In this document: piece by piece, positions 28,990-41,381 of the stretch | Position numbering within the stretch: the first letter of the stretch is position 1 | Layout: each line of letters opens with the position of its first letter | Source: an uncultured Pelagibacteraceae bacterium | GTDB lineage: Bacteria > Pseudomonadota > Alphaproteobacteria > Pelagibacterales > Pelagibacteraceae | Direction of reading: 5' to 3' | Length of the DNA: 64,000 nt | Assembly (NCBI GenBank): GCA_902592275.1 | Contig: CACJDW010000001.1 | Location: 47,175-111,174, forward strand | Notes under the pieces: generated by a model | The model's input: only the letters and a program-made list of their open reading frames with translations | Told to the model about the DNA's origin: nothing | The model's database searches: none | Program-made: the position numbers and the translations under genes

Positions 28990-30065
28990 TAATATTTACT
29001 ATCGTTTTTTACCACATCTACATTATGAACCATACTTTCATAAAATCCAGCTTTTGTAATTTTCACAAATTGTGGTTTATTTCTTAATTTGATGATTGTT
29101 TTTGACCCAAGATAACCCATGGAAGATTTCAATCCACCAATTAATTTATAAATAATACTTCCAACATCTCCTTTATATTTTACAAAACCTTCAACGCCCT
29201 CAGGTACATATTTTGAGGAATCTTTTTGTTTTTTTTGAAAGTATCTATCAGCCGACCCTTTGTTCATAGCACCTACAGAACCCATTCCTCTAAAGCTTTT
29301 GAAAAGTTGTCCATTTTTTTTAATTAATTTTCCTGGAGTTTCATTAGTACCTGCAAATAATGAACCAATCATTACAGCATCTGCACCTGCCGCGAATGCT
29401 TTGGCCAAATCACCAGAATATTTTATTCCCCCATCTGAAATTATTTTAACATTTTTATTTTTTAAACCACTTCTTACTGCTAAAATTGCGCTTAATTGAG
29501 GAACTCCTATTCCAGCAACTAATCTTGTCGTGCAAATAGAACCTGGCCCTATACCAATTTTAATTATATCTACTCCTAATTTTATTAGGAATTTTGCAGC
29601 TTCTGGTGTTGCAATATTTCCTGCACACAACGCAATTTTTTTAGATTTATTTTTTTTAATATATTTTATTATTTCAGAAACTTTTTTTGTATGACCGTGC
29701 GCTGTGTCTACTACGATTAAATCTACACCTTCTTTAATTATTTCTTTAGCTCTAATAAATTCACTAGCTGATGCACCTACAGCCGCTCCAACAATTAGTT
29801 TTTCTTTTTTTACTTTTTTTATTTCTGATAATTGTTTTTTTATATCAAGGTTTCTATGAATTACTCCAATACCACCAGCTTTTGCCATGGCTATTGCCAT
29901 TCTACTTTCTGTTACAGTATCCATTGCAGATGATAATATAGGAATTTTAAGTTTTAAATGCTTTGTTAAAGACACACTTGTGTCTGCATCAGAGGGTAAT
30001 ATTTCTGAATACTTTGGAGCTAGTGTAACATCGTCAAAGGTAAGTGCTTCTTTTATGGGAACCAT
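28989..30065 (-). CDS. guaB: IMP dehydrogenase (short form without CBS domains)
   Basis: [49 protein letters not shown]; 358 aa. Confidence 0.95.
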   Translation of the reverse strand: MVPIKEALTFDDVTLAPKYSEILPSDADTSVSLTKHLKLKIPILSSAMDTVTESRMAIAMAKAGGIGVIHRNLDIKKQLSEIKKVKKEKLIVGAAVGASASEFIRAKEIIKEGVDLIVVDTAHGHTKKVSEIIKYIKKNKSKKIALCAGNIATPEAAKFLIKLGVDIIKIGIGPGSICTTRLVAGIGVPQLSAILAVRSGLKNKNVKIISDGGIKYSGDLAKAFAAGADAVMIGSLFAGTNETPGKLIKKNGQLFKSFRGMGSVGAMNKGSADRYFQKKQKDSSKYVPEGVEGFVKYKGDVGSIIYKLIGGLKSSMGYLGSKTIIKLRNKPQFVKITKAGFYESMVHNVDVVKNDSKY

Positions 30066-30102
30066 AATCTTTTATATATGATTCCTTTTAAATTAAAAGT
30101 CT

Positions 30103-30714
30103 CTATCGAATTTTTCTACAAATTATAAAACTTTCTTTAGAATCTTTTCTGCTAGATTTTGGTTTAAAAACCTTAACTTCTTTAAAATATTTTTTTCCCT
30201 CTGCGACGATTTCGTTAAATGTGCCGCCCATAAAAATTTTTGAGATAAAATATGCATTTTCTTTCATAAGATCTTTAGCAAAGTACATCGCTTCTTTACA
30301 TAGTTCTCCGGTTTGAATTGAGTCAATATTTTTAATTCCGGTTGTATCTACAGCCATATCAGACATTACAACATCTACTTTACCACTGATGTTTTTCTTA
30401 ATTTCTTCTTGAGTTTTTTCTTCAGTAAAATCTCCTTGAATTTGAATACTATTACCTATGGGTTCCATTTTTTTAAGATCTATAGATATTAACTTGCCAC
30501 TTTTGGCTGTTTTCATAGCATATTGTGACCAGGAACCAGGAGCAGCACCAATATCAATAACTGACAAACCTCCTTTAAATATTTTAAACTTTTCATCAAT
30601 TTCCATTAATTTGTAAGCTGATCTTGCTCTATAACCATCAACTTTAGATTGTCTAACATAGATATCTCTACGCTGCTTATTTACCCAGTTTTTAGAGATT
30701 TTATTTTTTTTCAA
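30103..30714 (-). CDS. rlmE: 23S rRNA Um2552 methyltransferase
   Basis: YRARSAYKL, DIGAAPGSWSQ, SDMA, KPKSSR.DSKE. Confidence 0.93.
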   Translation of the reverse strand: MKKNKISKNWVNKQRRDIYVRQSKVDGYRARSAYKLMEIDEKFKIFKGGLSVIDIGAAPGSWSQYAMKTAKSGKLISIDLKKMEPIGNSIQIQGDFTEEKTQEEIKKNISGKVDVVMSDMAVDTTGIKNIDSIQTGELCKEAMYFAKDLMKENAYFISKIFMGGTFNEIVAEGKKYFKEVKVFKPKSSRKDSKESFIICRKIR

Positions 30715-31626
30715 TTAATTACTGTATCTTAAACTTTTGAGTATTTTTTTATCTTGTAAAGTTTTAATTTCAATTTTAATGCTTTTGTCAATTCTCATGT
30801 CTTTACCATCTTTCCAAATCCCTGCAGCTAAGTGCATAATTCCAATTTTATAATTTGGAAGAAATGGTTCAACAAAAGTATCATTGTTCTCGTCATATTT
30901 TGGTAAAAGGTTGCTTGTAATCCAATTGCAATTTAATGGTAAAAACTCTGTTTCTAAATCATCAATATAAACAGACATATTAATTGCAAGTCCTTCACTC
31001 CCAAAAATATTTCCAGCTTTTAACGCTTGAGATAAATTCTTCTGCCATGAAGCCCACCCTGGAGAATTATTTTCTAATGAAAATACACCTATGTTAATAT
31101 GAGGAGCAAAAGCTAACTTCCTAGCTTTCTCATAACCAATATTTGATTTCACTGCATGTTTAAAATTTTGTGATTTAATTATAGCAAGTTTGCCAAATAA
31201 CCAATTAACTCTTGAAGTAATTTTATATCCAGGTCCTATAGTTTGGGTAATACCTAATTTCCCTTTATCACAAGCTTTAAAATAAAGCTCTATACACTCC
31301 CAATCATTTACCCATGCATCACAATCAATCCATAAATACTTTTCATAATCAGGAAAATATTTAGGTAGAAATGCTCTAGATACCTGGCTTTTTAACCACT
31401 CTTTACCTTTAACTTTATATCCAGGAACTTCTATATCCCACTCAGCAGATTTAATTTCATCAACCTTTTTAAGTAAAATTTCTTTTTGATCATCGGTTAA
31501 TCCTGCATCTAAAATACAAATTGCAACATTCTTACTTTCGTCAAAACTTTTTATTGAATCTACTAGTTCATTTAATAAAGGAAAATAATTTGCGTCAGCT
31601 AAAGATACAATGACATTTTTTTTCAT
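30715..31626 (-). CDS. GT-A fold glycosyltransferase (GT8-like)
   Basis: ADANYF, LWIDCD (DxD), INIGVF, CNW, IMHLA. Confidence 0.65.
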   Translation of the reverse strand: MKKNVIVSLADANYFPLLNELVDSIKSFDESKNVAICILDAGLTDDQKEILLKKVDEIKSAEWDIEVPGYKVKGKEWLKSQVSRAFLPKYFPDYEKYLWIDCDAWVNDWECIELYFKACDKGKLGITQTIGPGYKITSRVNWLFGKLAIIKSQNFKHAVKSNIGYEKARKLAFAPHINIGVFSLENNSPGWASWQKNLSQALKAGNIFGSEGLAINMSVYIDDLETEFLPLNCNWITSNLLPKYDENNDTFVEPFLPNYKIGIMHLAAGIWKDGKDMRIDKSIKIEIKTLQDKKILKSLRYSN

Positions 31627-32429
31627 TAAAGTACGTCTTCAAGATCATCTTCATCTTGAATTTTGTCATTTTCATGAATTTTTTTCATTTTTTGATAGTG
31701 AAAAAAACTAATTGGTATCAAACTTAGGTAAATTATGCTGCTTATAGCAATAACATTAAATGTATAAATTAATAAAAGTCCAAAAAATAGAACAATTGTA
31801 AATAATAAAAAAATTGTTGCTTTTCTTTGGATCACTATTTTTTTAAAAGAATAGGTTGGAAATTTACTTATTAATAAAAATGATGTTGCTATAAAAAAAA
31901 CTGGAACGATTATGTCGTAATTAATTTTTATATAATCAAATCCACTTAAACTTATAATTAAAGGTGTTAAAACTAATATGCCACCAGCAGGTGATGGAAC
32001 CCCTTCAAAGAAATTATCTTTCCAAGAAGGCTCTTGATTAGAACTAATATTAAATCTTGCAAGTCTTAAAGCTACACAAATCACATATACCAAACATAAT
32101 AACCAGCCAAATCTACCAAAAGTATTTAATTTCCAAAAATACATTATAAATGCTGGAGCAACACCAAAACTTATCATATCAGTAAGTGAGTCTAATTCCT
32201 TACCCACTTTTGAGGTTCCTTTTATCAATCTTGCAATTCTTCCATCTAAGCCATCTATTAATGCAGCAAATATTATTGCAATGATTGCTAAATGAAACTC
32301 TCCACTTAATGCAAATCTAATTGAAGTTAAACCTATGCAAACTCCTATTAATGTAAGCATGTTTGGAAGAAGCATTCTTGCATTCTTTTTGTCTGTCACT
32401 AATTTAAAATTATTCTTTGGCTGTTCCAT
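31626..32429 (-). CDS. pssA: CDP-diacylglycerol--serine O-phosphatidyltransferase
   Basis: PNMLT, DGLDGRIAR, ELDSLTD.ISFGVAPA, RLARFN; adjacent to psd. Confidence 0.92.
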   Translation of the reverse strand: MEQPKNNFKLVTDKKNARMLLPNMLTLIGVCIGLTSIRFALSGEFHLAIIAIIFAALIDGLDGRIARLIKGTSKVGKELDSLTDMISFGVAPAFIMYFWKLNTFGRFGWLLCLVYVICVALRLARFNISSNQEPSWKDNFFEGVPSPAGGILVLTPLIISLSGFDYIKINYDIIVPVFFIATSFLLISKFPTYSFKKIVIQRKATIFLLFTIVLFFGLLLIYTFNVIAISSIIYLSLIPISFFHYQKMKKIHENDKIQDEDDLEDVL

Positions 32430-32432
32430 AAA

Positions 32433-33080
32433 TTAATTTTTAGCCAGCAGTGTTTCTCCTGAAATTGCTGTTTGACCAACTTTAACTAGTGGTTCATAAT
32501 TTTCATAATAAACGTCTGCTCTACTACCAAATCTAATCATACCAATTCTATCGCCTTGACTTAATTCCTGATTTTTATTTGTCTCGCAAACTATTCTTCT
32601 TGCAACTAGTCCAGCTATTTGAACGACTACAATATCATTCCCATGTTTATCTTTAATTTTATAATAATTTCTCTCATTGTCTTCGCTTGCTTTATCTAAA
32701 GATGCATTTAAAAATTTTCCTGGTTTGTACAAAATATCTTCAACAATACCTGAACATGGGGTTCTATTCACATGACAGTCAAAGACGTTCATAAAAATAC
32801 TTATTTTTTTAAATTTTTTATTTTCTAGTCCAAGTTCTTTTGGACCATCTACCTCTTCAACTTTAATCACTTCTCCATCTGCAGGGCTTACTAGGTAACT
32901 ATCATCTCCTATAATTGTTCTTTCTGGATCTCTAAAAAAATAATAAACCCAAACAGTCAGTAATATTCCTATTAATCCTAAAAAATTATTAATAATTAGA
33001 AAAATGATAGTTATGAATACAGCTATGACTATAAACTTGTATCCTTCAGTGTGAATTTTTGGAAATATCTTACTAAACAT
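32433..33080 (-). CDS. psd: Phosphatidylserine decarboxylase
   Basis: FFRDPER, SPADG, HVNR, NERN, IRFGSR (autocleavage GS). Confidence 0.93.
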   Translation of the reverse strand: MFSKIFPKIHTEGYKFIVIAVFITIIFLIINNFLGLIGILLTVWVYYFFRDPERTIIGDDSYLVSPADGEVIKVEEVDGPKELGLENKKFKKISIFMNVFDCHVNRTPCSGIVEDILYKPGKFLNASLDKASEDNERNYYKIKDKHGNDIVVVQIAGLVARRIVCETNKNQELSQGDRIGMIRFGSRADVYYENYEPLVKVGQTAISGETLLAKN

Positions 33081-33156
33081 ATTCTTCTATTTGCTAATTT
33101 TCGATTAATATGTATATAAAACGATCAAATTCAATTAATAAGATAATTTTTATTTA

Positions 33157-34371
33157 ATGAGCAAAATCAAGGTAAAAAACCCAGTTGTCGAGCTGGATGG
33201 TGATGAAATGACTCGTATTATATGGGAGTTCATCAAAAATAAATTAATCCTCCCATATTTAGATCTTGGTATTGAATATTACGATTTAGGCATGAAAAGC
33301 AGAGATAATACCGATGATCAGATTACGATCGACTCTGCAAATGCTATTAAAAAAATTGGTGTTGGAATTAAGTGTGCAACAATTACCCCTGATGAAGCGA
33401 GAGTAGAAGAATTTGATTTAAAAAAAATGTGGAGATCTCCAAACGGAACTATAAGAAATATAATTGGAGGAACAGTATTTAGAGAACCAATTATTTGTAA
33501 AAATATTCCAAAACTTGTTCCCTCTTGGACTGATCCAGTGATTATTGGAAGACATGCATTTGGTGATCAATATAGAGCAACTGATTTTAAAGTTCCTGGA
33601 AAAGGAAAAATGGAAGTGAAGTGGACATCTGAAGATGGAAAAGATGAAATTAAATATGAAGTATTTAATTTTACAGGCCCTGGTGTGGCTTTATCAATGT
33701 ACAATTTAGATAAATCTATAGAAGACTTTGCAAGATCTTGTTTCAGTTATGGATTGATAAAAAAATGGCCTGTTTATATGTCTACAAAAAATACAATTCT
33801 AAAGCAATACGATGGAAGATTTAAAGATATTTTCCAAGAAATTTTTGACAAAGAATATAAAAATGAATTTGAAAAAAATAATTTGACTTACGAACACAGA
33901 TTAATTGATGACATGGTTGCATGTGCAATGAAATGGAGTGGAAAATATATTTGGGCTTGTAAAAATTATGATGGAGATGTGCAATCAGATACTATGGCAC
34001 AAGGTTATGGGTCTTTGGGATTGATGACGAGTACCTTATTAACTCCAGATGGAAAAGTAATGGAAGCAGAAGCTGCACACGGAACAGTAACAAGACATTA
34101 TAGAATGCATCAACAAGGAAAAGAAACTTCAACAAACCCAATCGCATCAATTTTTGCTTGGACAAGAGGATTAGCTCACAGAGGTAAATTAGATGGTAAT
34201 GAAGAATTGATCAAATTTGCACAAACTTTAGAAAAAGTTTGTATTGAATGTGTTGAAAGTGGATCTATGACAAAAGACTTAGCAATTCTTGTAGGTCCAA
34301 ATAGTAAATTCTTAACTACAAATCAATTTTTAGATGAAATTGATGGTAATTTAAAAAAGAAATTAAACTAA
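33157..34371 (+). CDS. icd: NADP-dependent isocitrate dehydrogenase
   Basis: [43 protein letters not shown]. Confidence 0.97.
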   Translation: MSKIKVKNPVVELDGDEMTRIIWEFIKNKLILPYLDLGIEYYDLGMKSRDNTDDQITIDSANAIKKIGVGIKCATITPDEARVEEFDLKKMWRSPNGTIRNIIGGTVFREPIICKNIPKLVPSWTDPVIIGRHAFGDQYRATDFKVPGKGKMEVKWTSEDGKDEIKYEVFNFTGPGVALSMYNLDKSIEDFARSCFSYGLIKKWPVYMSTKNTILKQYDGRFKDIFQEIFDKEYKNEFEKNNLTYEHRLIDDMVACAMKWSGKYIWACKNYDGDVQSDTMAQGYGSLGLMTSTLLTPDGKVMEAEAAHGTVTRHYRMHQQGKETSTNPIASIFAWTRGLAHRGKLDGNEELIKFAQTLEKVCIECVESGSMTKDLAILVGPNSKFLTTNQFLDEIDGNLKKKLN

Positions 34372-37029
34372 ATTCTTAAGCTTTTCAAAAGCTTCCTCAA
34401 TTTTTGATTCATCCTGTCCACCAGCTTGAGCAAAGTCTTTTCTTCCTCCACCGCCTTTACCACCAATTATTTCCGATCCAACTTTAACAAATTGAACTGC
34501 ATCATACTTGCTGGTTAAATTATTAGTTACTCCAACTGCTAATCCAACTTTGTCATCTTTATTTGCAAATACAACCACGATACCTTCACCTAAATCTTTT
34601 TTACCTTTATCTACAAGTTTTCTTAATTCTTTTGGAGGCAATCCTTCTATTTTTTGAAGTCTTAACTTAACTCTATTAATTTCCTCATCTTTAATAATAT
34701 TTTTTGATTTATCTTCTAAAATTGAATTTACTGAAATTGTCTCTAATTGTTTAGTTAAGTTTTTAATTAAAGTTTTTTGATCTGTTTCATCTAAACTTGG
34801 TTTTCCTCCTAATTTAATAATTTGCTGACTTAAATCTTTAATTGTTTCTTCATCTTTTTCTGCAGACAAGTTTGATAATTTCTCCTTATTTTTTAAATAT
34901 TCCTCTAATTGCTTGTCTCTTAAAGCCTCAATTCTTCTTACTCCTGCAGCAATAGAAGATTGGCTTACAATCTTAAATTTACCAATATCACCAGTATTTT
35001 TTACGTGTGTTCCACCACATAATTCAGTAGAAAAATACTTACCATCCTCATCTCCCATCGAGAGGACTCTTACTTCATCTCCGTATTTTTCACCAAATAA
35101 TGCTAAAGCACCATTTTCAACTGCCTCATCAGGTGTCATTAATCTAGTTTTTACATCAGATTTCTTAGAAACCATTGTGTTTACAAATTCCTCTATTTTA
35201 TTGATTTCTTCATTCAAAATTGGTTTCATATGGCTGAAATCAAATCTTAATCTGCTTGGTTCTACTAAAGATCCTTTCTGAGTGACATGGGTTCCTAGAA
35301 CTCTTCGCAAAGATTCATGTAGCAGATGGGTTGCTGAGTGATAAGCACGAGTATTATCTCTTCTTTCTACATTAATTTTTAACTCTACACTTTCCTGAAG
35401 TTTTATAGATCCGCTCTTAACCTTCCCATAATGGACAAATAAATCTCCAAGTTTTTTTTGAACATCGGTTACTTCAAATTTAAAATTATTTGATACTATT
35501 TCACCAGTATCACCGACCTGACCCCCAGACTCGCCATAGAAAGGAGTTTGATTTACTATAATCATTCCTTCATCATTTTCTTTTAAATGATCTACCTCTT
35601 TGTTATCTTTTAAAAGAGATAAGATGATACCTTCGGCTTGGTTAGTTTCGTAGCCTAAGAATTCAGTTGGCTCAATTTTATCTTTTATTCCAAACCAAAT
35701 ATCTTCAACAGCTGCATCACCAGAACCTTTCCAATTTTTCTTAGCAAGCTCTCTACTTTCCTTCATTAAAGATTGAAACTTTTCAGTATCAATTGACATT
35801 GATTTGTTTCTTAAAATATCTTCTGTAAGATCTAATGGAAAACCATAAGTATCATATAATTTAAAAGCTACTTCACCTGGTAATACTTTATCTATTTTAG
35901 ATATTTCATCATTTAAAATTTTTATTCCTCTATCTAAGAGAACCAAGAATTTTTCCTCTTCCATTTTTAAAGTTTCTTTAATTAAAGACTCGGCTCTTAC
36001 TAACTCCGGATAGTTTCCAGACATTTCATTTTTAAGAGTGTCAAACAAATTATAAAAAACAGGTTCTTTAGATCCTAGTAAATGGGAATGTCTCATCCCT
36101 CTTCTCATAATTCTTCTAAGAACATATCCTCTTCCTTCGTTGGATGGTAAAACTCCTTCAGCAATTAAAAACGAACTTGCTCTTAAGTGATCTGCTATTA
36201 CTCTAAAACTTGCTAGATTAGATTTATCCGATTTAACTTTTGTAATTTCAGATGCAGCACCAATTATTTTTTTAAAATGATCAGTTTCATAATTATCATG
36301 TGAACCTTGTAATAAAGCAGCTATTCTCTCAAGTCCCATTCCTGTATCAACAGATGGTTTTGGAAGATTAATTCTTTTATCTTTAGTAACTTGTTCGAAC
36401 TGCATAAAGACCAAGTTCCAAATTTCTATAAATCTATCTCCATCCTCATCTTTAGAACCAGGTAAACCTCCTGGTAAATGATCTCCGTGGTCAAAAAAGA
36501 TTTCAGAGCAAGGGCCACATGGACCTGTCTCACCCATAGACCAAAAATTATCTGATGTAGCAATTCTAATTATTCTATCATCGCTAAAACCCGCTATTTT
36601 CTTCCAAAAATTGAAGGCTTCATCATCTTCATGGAACACGGTTACATAAAGTCTATTTTTATCTATTCCAAAATCTTTGGTTATTAAATTCCAAGCATAA
36701 TGAATTGCTTGTTCTTTAAAATAATCTCCAAAAGAAAAGTTTCCTAGCATCTCAAAGAATGTATGGTGACGAGGCGTGTAACCAACATTCTCTAAATCGT
36801 TATGCTTTCCACCTGCCCTTACACATTTTTGTGAAGTTGTGGCTCTGACATAATCTCGTTTTTCTAATCCAGTAAATACATTTTTAAACTGAACCATTCC
36901 AGAATTAGCAAACATCAATGTAGGATCATTGTTGGGAACTAAATTACTAGATTCCACAATCTTATGATCGTTCTTTTCAAAATACTTTAAGAAAGTATTT
37001 CTTATTTCATTGAGTGTTTTGTGTGCCAT
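34363..37029 (-). CDS. alaS: Alanine--tRNA ligase
   Basis: [65 protein letters not shown]. Confidence 0.98.
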   Translation of the reverse strand: MAHKTLNEIRNTFLKYFEKNDHKIVESSNLVPNNDPTLMFANSGMVQFKNVFTGLEKRDYVRATTSQKCVRAGGKHNDLENVGYTPRHHTFFEMLGNFSFGDYFKEQAIHYAWNLITKDFGIDKNRLYVTVFHEDDEAFNFWKKIAGFSDDRIIRIATSDNFWSMGETGPCGPCSEIFFDHGDHLPGGLPGSKDEDGDRFIEIWNLVFMQFEQVTKDKRINLPKPSVDTGMGLERIAALLQGSHDNYETDHFKKIIGAASEITKVKSDKSNLASFRVIADHLRASSFLIAEGVLPSNEGRGYVLRRIMRRGMRHSHLLGSKEPVFYNLFDTLKNEMSGNYPELVRAESLIKETLKMEEEKFLVLLDRGIKILNDEISKIDKVLPGEVAFKLYDTYGFPLDLTEDILRNKSMSIDTEKFQSLMKESRELAKKNWKGSGDAAVEDIWFGIKDKIEPTEFLGYETNQAEGIILSLLKDNKEVDHLKENDEGMIIVNQTPFYGESGGQVGDTGEIVSNNFKFEVTDVQKKLGDLFVHYGKVKSGSIKLQESVELKINVERRDNTRAYHSATHLLHESLRRVLGTHVTQKGSLVEPSRLRFDFSHMKPILNEEINKIEEFVNTMVSKKSDVKTRLMTPDEAVENGALALFGEKYGDEVRVLSMGDEDGKYFSTELCGGTHVKNTGDIGKFKIVSQSSIAAGVRRIEALRDKQLEEYLKNKEKLSNLSAEKDEETIKDLSQQIIKLGGKPSLDETDQKTLIKNLTKQLETISVNSILEDKSKNIIKDEEINRVKLRLQKIEGLPPKELRKLVDKGKKDLGEGIVVVFANKDDKVGLAVGVTNNLTSKYDAVQFVKVGSEIIGGKGGGGRKDFAQAGGQDESKIEEAFEKLKNLV

Positions 37030-37075
37030 ATTTTTAAAATACAGCTTTTTTATTCTATGTCTAGATATCGAAGGG

Positions 37076-37104
37076 AAAAAAGGCGCTTAATTTAAGCGCC
37101 TTTT
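37076..37104 (-). terminator. Intrinsic terminator downstream of recA (symmetric, potentially bidirectional)
   Basis: AAAAGGCGCTTAA-T-TTAAGCGCCTTTT inverted repeat with A/T tails. Confidence 0.8.
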
Positions 37105-37122
37105 ATTAATAAAGATGACCTA

Positions 37123-38277
37123 TTAATTCTTCTTAGATGGAGGAGTAGCTTCTGCTTTTTCAGCTTCTTCTTTTTCAGCTACTTTCTTTTCTTTTTCCAA
37201 TTTTTCAGGATCAATTGGATTTCCTTCAATTTTCTTAGAAATCACACCTGCTTTTTCTCTAATTGCCATTTCAATCTCTGCAGCAACTTTAGAGTTTTGA
37301 GCTAAATAAGTCTTAGCATTCTCTCTGCCTTGACCAATCTTCTCACCTTTGTAAGCATACCATGCACCTGATTTTTCAATTATATCTGCTTTAGAACCAA
37401 GATCGACTAATTCACCCATCTTGCTAATTCCTCTTCCATACATCAAATCAAATTCAACAACTTTAAATGGTGGTGCTACTTTATTCTTAACTACCTTCAC
37501 TCTTGTAGAGTTACCAATAATTTCGTCTTTATCTTTAATGGCACCAATTCTTCTAATATCCATTCTCACAGATGAGTAAAATTTAAGTGCATTACCACCT
37601 GATGTTGTCTCTGGACTTCCAAACATAACACCAATTTTCATTCTGATTTGGTTAATGAAAATCATCATTGTATTTGTATTTGAAATTGAGCTTGTTAATT
37701 TTCTTAAAGCCTGACTCATTAATCTTGATTGAAGACCAACATGATGATCTCCCATTTCGCCATCAATTTCAGCTTTTGGTGTTAAAGCTGCAACAGAGTC
37801 GATAACGATTACTGAAATAGAGCCTGATTTTACTAGTGTATCAGCAATTTCTAATGCTTGTTCACCAGTATCTGGTTGTGAAATTAAAAGTTCTTCGGTG
37901 TTCACACCTAATTTTTTTGCGTAAACTGGATCTAATGCGTGTTCTGCATCAACGAATGCACAAATTCCACCAGATTTTTGTGCCTCAGCAACAACTTGTA
38001 ATGCTAAAGTTGTTTTTCCAGATGACTCAGGTCCGTAAACTTCAATAATTCTTCCTTTTGGTAATCCACCTATACCTAAAGCTAAATCAAGACTTAAAGA
38101 ACCTGTTGAAACAGACTCGATATCCATCGCTCTTTTTTCACCAAGCTTCATTACAGAGCCTTTTCCAAAATTATCTGTAATTTGAGCTATCGCAGCGTCT
38201 AACGCTTTGTTCTTTTCTTTAACGTCCATTTCTTGATCTTTAGTAGATTTAACTACTTTTAGGTTATTTTTCGTCAT
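37123..38277 (-). CDS. recA: Recombinase A
   Basis: [50 protein letters not shown]. Confidence 0.98.
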   Translation of the reverse strand: MTKNNLKVVKSTKDQEMDVKEKNKALDAAIAQITDNFGKGSVMKLGEKRAMDIESVSTGSLSLDLALGIGGLPKGRIIEVYGPESSGKTTLALQVVAEAQKSGGICAFVDAEHALDPVYAKKLGVNTEELLISQPDTGEQALEIADTLVKSGSISVIVIDSVAALTPKAEIDGEMGDHHVGLQSRLMSQALRKLTSSISNTNTMMIFINQIRMKIGVMFGSPETTSGGNALKFYSSVRMDIRRIGAIKDKDEIIGNSTRVKVVKNKVAPPFKVVEFDLMYGRGISKMGELVDLGSKADIIEKSGAWYAYKGEKIGQGRENAKTYLAQNSKVAAEIEMAIREKAGVISKKIEGNPIDPEKLEKEKKVAEKEEAEKAEATPPSKKN

Positions 38278-38326
38278 TTTTTGCCTCTTTTTTTAAATTT
38301 TTTAACACTCGAATCATGAAATAAAT

Positions 38327-38341
38327 GTACACATTTTGTTC
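38327..38341 (-). promoter_or_regulatory. LexA (SOS) box upstream of recA
   Basis: Minus strand GAAC-AAAATGT-GTAC = GAAC-N7-GTAC, the alphaproteobacterial LexA direct-repeat variant, about 50 nt upstream of recA. Confidence 0.75.
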
Positions 38342-38384
38342 TCATTAGCAATATATTTATTTTTTAGGCTTAAAAATCAAATAA

Positions 38385-39677
38385 TTACTTAAGTTTTAGA
38401 TATTGGCTGTTTAGCAAGCCTACTGCCTTAAGCAAATTGTATTGAGCCATTAGATAGTTTTTCTCAGAGCTTGCTAAAGAAATTTGAGCTGAAAGTAATA
38501 ATGCATTTGATTGGATAACATCTAAAGTAGTTCTGGAACCTCTTTCATATTCTGCAGCAATTCCTTCATTAGCTATTTCAGCAGCATTTACTTGAACTCT
38601 AACTGAATTTAAAAAACTTTCAGAGGACTCTAGACTAGACCAAGCACTTGCTACATTTGTATCGTTTGTTCTTACAGCATCATCTAACAATAATCTTTTT
38701 CTTGTAGTCAAATTTGAATTTTTTGAGATAGTTGATCTTTTTTTTCCACCTGAGTAGAAAGGCCAACTAACAGTTGCTTTTAATACATCTTTTTCTCTCT
38801 CATCATAAGTTGAGCTCAGATCATCTGTATAAGATCTTTCTAATGATACAGATGCAGTTGGTTTCAAGTCTGACTCTGAAATTGCTAATTCTTTTTCAGC
38901 TTTAGCTAAATCTAATTTAGCTATTTGAATATCAGGATTATTTTGTTTTGAAATATTGATTGCTTCATTTAAAGATTTTGGAATACTAACTACTGCATTT
39001 GAATTTTTCTGAAGTTGGTTTGGATCGCTTATTTTACCAATAATATTTTCATAATTAAGTTTACTAATTAATAAATCACTTTTAGCTTTTGCAAGCTGAG
39101 CTTGTGCACCTGCAAGAGAAGACTCGGATTGTGCTAAGTCAGTATTTGTAATTTGACCTCTATCTCTTCTAATTTTATCGTTTTCAACTTGTCTAATTAA
39201 TAAATTTAAATTTTTTCTATTAATATCTAAAGTTTCTCTAGATAAAATTAAGCTTGTAAATGCATTAATTGCATTATGTAAAATATCTTGTTCTTTTTTA
39301 ATTAACTGTGCTTTAGCTAAATCTAATGCAGTAATGTTTTTCTGAAGGGTTAAATCTCTTCCAAAATCTAACAAAGTTTGTTCTAATTTAATTGAAGTGG
39401 TGAATGGATCTACATCAGTTACACTTGCATCACCTCCGCTTTGGTTGGTAAGTTTATTAGTATCCTCAATACTTTTTGATCCACTTAATGTTAATGAAGG
39501 TTTATAGTCAGCCTTTGCAATATTCACATCTTCCTCTGATGCTTTAATATTTTCTCTTTCAGCATTTAATTGAATATTGTTTTTGTAAGTTTGATTTAAT
39601 GCATCAAGAAGAGTAACTGCAAAAGCGTTACTAAAATAAAATGTTGATGCGATTACTATTAAAAATATTTTTTTCAT
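38385..39677 (-). CDS. tolC: TolC family outer membrane protein
   Basis: Signal peptide, two OEP repeats, WPFYSGG, YERGSRTTLDV, LLKAVG. Confidence 0.88.
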   Translation of the reverse strand: MKKIFLIVIASTFYFSNAFAVTLLDALNQTYKNNIQLNAERENIKASEEDVNIAKADYKPSLTLSGSKSIEDTNKLTNQSGGDASVTDVDPFTTSIKLEQTLLDFGRDLTLQKNITALDLAKAQLIKKEQDILHNAINAFTSLILSRETLDINRKNLNLLIRQVENDKIRRDRGQITNTDLAQSESSLAGAQAQLAKAKSDLLISKLNYENIIGKISDPNQLQKNSNAVVSIPKSLNEAINISKQNNPDIQIAKLDLAKAEKELAISESDLKPTASVSLERSYTDDLSSTYDEREKDVLKATVSWPFYSGGKKRSTISKNSNLTTRKRLLLDDAVRTNDTNVASAWSSLESSESFLNSVRVQVNAAEIANEGIAAEYERGSRTTLDVIQSNALLLSAQISLASSEKNYLMAQYNLLKAVGLLNSQYLKLK

Positions 39678-40603
39678 TTCGGTTTATATACAGCAGTTTT
39701 AATTTGATGGTTACTGTTTAAATTTAAGATTATAGAGGCATATTTTGCCATATTTTTGAACATGTTCTGAGTAATTCTTTGATAAGTTTGCATAAAATTA
39801 ATTACATCACCCTTACTCATTATTTTATGTCCACCTTTCTTCTTTGTTTTTAACCATAGTTTTTGTTCCTGCTTTAATCTCCACTTTTGTAACAAACTAA
39901 AGTTTTTTGCTTTTAAGTAAATCATGCAATTTAACTGAGAATATAACTTTTTATACTTAGTTTTTAATTGCTGATTAACATATTTTCTCCAAATGAGTTT
40001 GTGATCTTTTGCTTTTTCGAGAGAATTAACGGATTTTTTCAGTGTCTTATTAGTTTCTGCTCTTGCACCAACACACCAACCTTCAAAAATAATAACATCT
40101 GGTCTTTTATTAATTTTGTTCCATTTATTTTTAGGAAATCTGTCATCAATTGCCTTATTAAAATTTGGTAATTTTAATTTTTTGAATTTTTTACTTTTTG
40201 ATTTTTTAAAGAAATCTAACATCATATTAATATCATGTGTACCTGGAACACCTCTAGTTAATAACATTGGGTGTACTTTTTTTGATAAAGCTATCCTTTC
40301 TTTTCTAGTTTTATAAAAATCATCAATAGAAATCTTGAATACTTTCAATTTAAAATACTTTTCTAATATTATCTTTATTATTGAACTTATTGTTGTTTTA
40401 CCTGTCCCTTGTCCTCCAGCTAGACCAACAAAATAGGGCTTTTTGTTATCAGCTTTTTTTGCAATCCAAAAACATATTGGGATTAAAAAATTCTTAATCA
40501 TCCCCTCTTTATTGCCAAACTTTTCAGTTGAAGTTTCTTGTGATTTAATAAACTTAAAACAATCCTTTTTAACTTTCTTAAAACACTCTTCAGATAATTT
40601 CAT
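39674..40603 (-). CDS. P-loop kinase, D-glycerate 3-kinase/PRK-uridine kinase-like
   Basis: GGQGTGKT, SIDDFY, RGVPGTHD, FEGWCVG, WRLKQE; start placed at ATG 40603 to avoid overlap with the upstream gene. Confidence 0.75.
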   Translation of the reverse strand: MKLSEECFKKVKKDCFKFIKSQETSTEKFGNKEGMIKNFLIPICFWIAKKADNKKPYFVGLAGGQGTGKTTISSIIKIILEKYFKLKVFKISIDDFYKTRKERIALSKKVHPMLLTRGVPGTHDINMMLDFFKKSKSKKFKKLKLPNFNKAIDDRFPKNKWNKINKRPDVIIFEGWCVGARAETNKTLKKSVNSLEKAKDHKLIWRKYVNQQLKTKYKKLYSQLNCMIYLKAKNFSLLQKWRLKQEQKLWLKTKKKGGHKIMSKGDVINFMQTYQRITQNMFKNMAKYASIILNLNSNHQIKTAVYKPK

Positions 40604-40610
40604 TGGACTT

Positions 40611-40976
40611 TTATTTTTCTTGATCCATTGGATGGTTAAGGCCATCAAAGAAAGCTACTTCTTTTAAATCTTCTACTTTAACTTCATCAACACAACCTAA
40701 ATTAAAACCAGTCATAGCTGGAGCACTTCTAGGATTGTGATGAGTATAAATTCCACATTCAGTACAAAAGTAATGGTTAGCAACTTTAGTATGGTACTGA
40801 TAAAGTTTTAATTTATCTTGTCCTTTAGATACTTTAAAATCTTCATTTTTAACCATTCCCATTGTTGCATTTTTTCTTTTACAAATAGAGCAATTACATC
40901 TTACAATTTTTGCTAATTCGTTAACTGTAGCATTAATTTCTGCTTCAACGGCACCACAATGACAATTTAATTTCAT
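40611..40976 (-). CDS. GFA/CENP-V family Zn protein
   Basis: CHCG, CNCSIC, HYFCTECGI. Confidence 0.85.
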   Translation of the reverse strand: MKLNCHCGAVEAEINATVNELAKIVRCNCSICKRKNATMGMVKNEDFKVSKGQDKLKLYQYHTKVANHYFCTECGIYTHHNPRSAPAMTGFNLGCVDEVKVEDLKEVAFFDGLNHPMDQEK

Positions 40977-40988
40977 ATATCTCCTTTT

Positions 40989-41372
40989 TTATTTTAAATT
41001 ACTTTTAGCTGCAATCTTATTTCCATCAAAGTCACGGATATAAGCATAATAATTTCCATCACTTCTTGCTCCTGGTCCTCCTTCGTCAGTCGCACCTTTT
41101 GAAATTGCAATTTCATAAAATTTTTCTACTGCTTCTTTGGAGTCTGCTAATAAAGTTATTTGCGTTCCATTACCAAAGGTTGCTGGTTCACCATTCACTG
41201 GGTTTGTTACATAGAATATAGTTTTGTCAGGATCACTTGAATGAGAGTAACCTATATATTTTTCTGTTATTACGGTTTTTTTTAATTTTAAAGGTTCGAG
41301 AATAGCATCATAGAACTCACTCGATTTTTTATAATCATTAGAGCCAACCATTACAAAATCTAAAATATTCAT
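40989..41372 (-). CDS. VOC/glyoxalase family protein
   Basis: FYDAIL, GNGT, GATDEGGPGAR, YYAYIRDFDGNKI. Confidence 0.85.
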   Translation of the reverse strand: MNILDFVMVGSNDYKKSSEFYDAILEPLKLKKTVITEKYIGYSHSSDPDKTIFYVTNPVNGEPATFGNGTQITLLADSKEAVEKFYEIAISKGATDEGGPGARSDGNYYAYIRDFDGNKIAAKSNLK

Positions 41373-41381
41373 AATTTTTTT

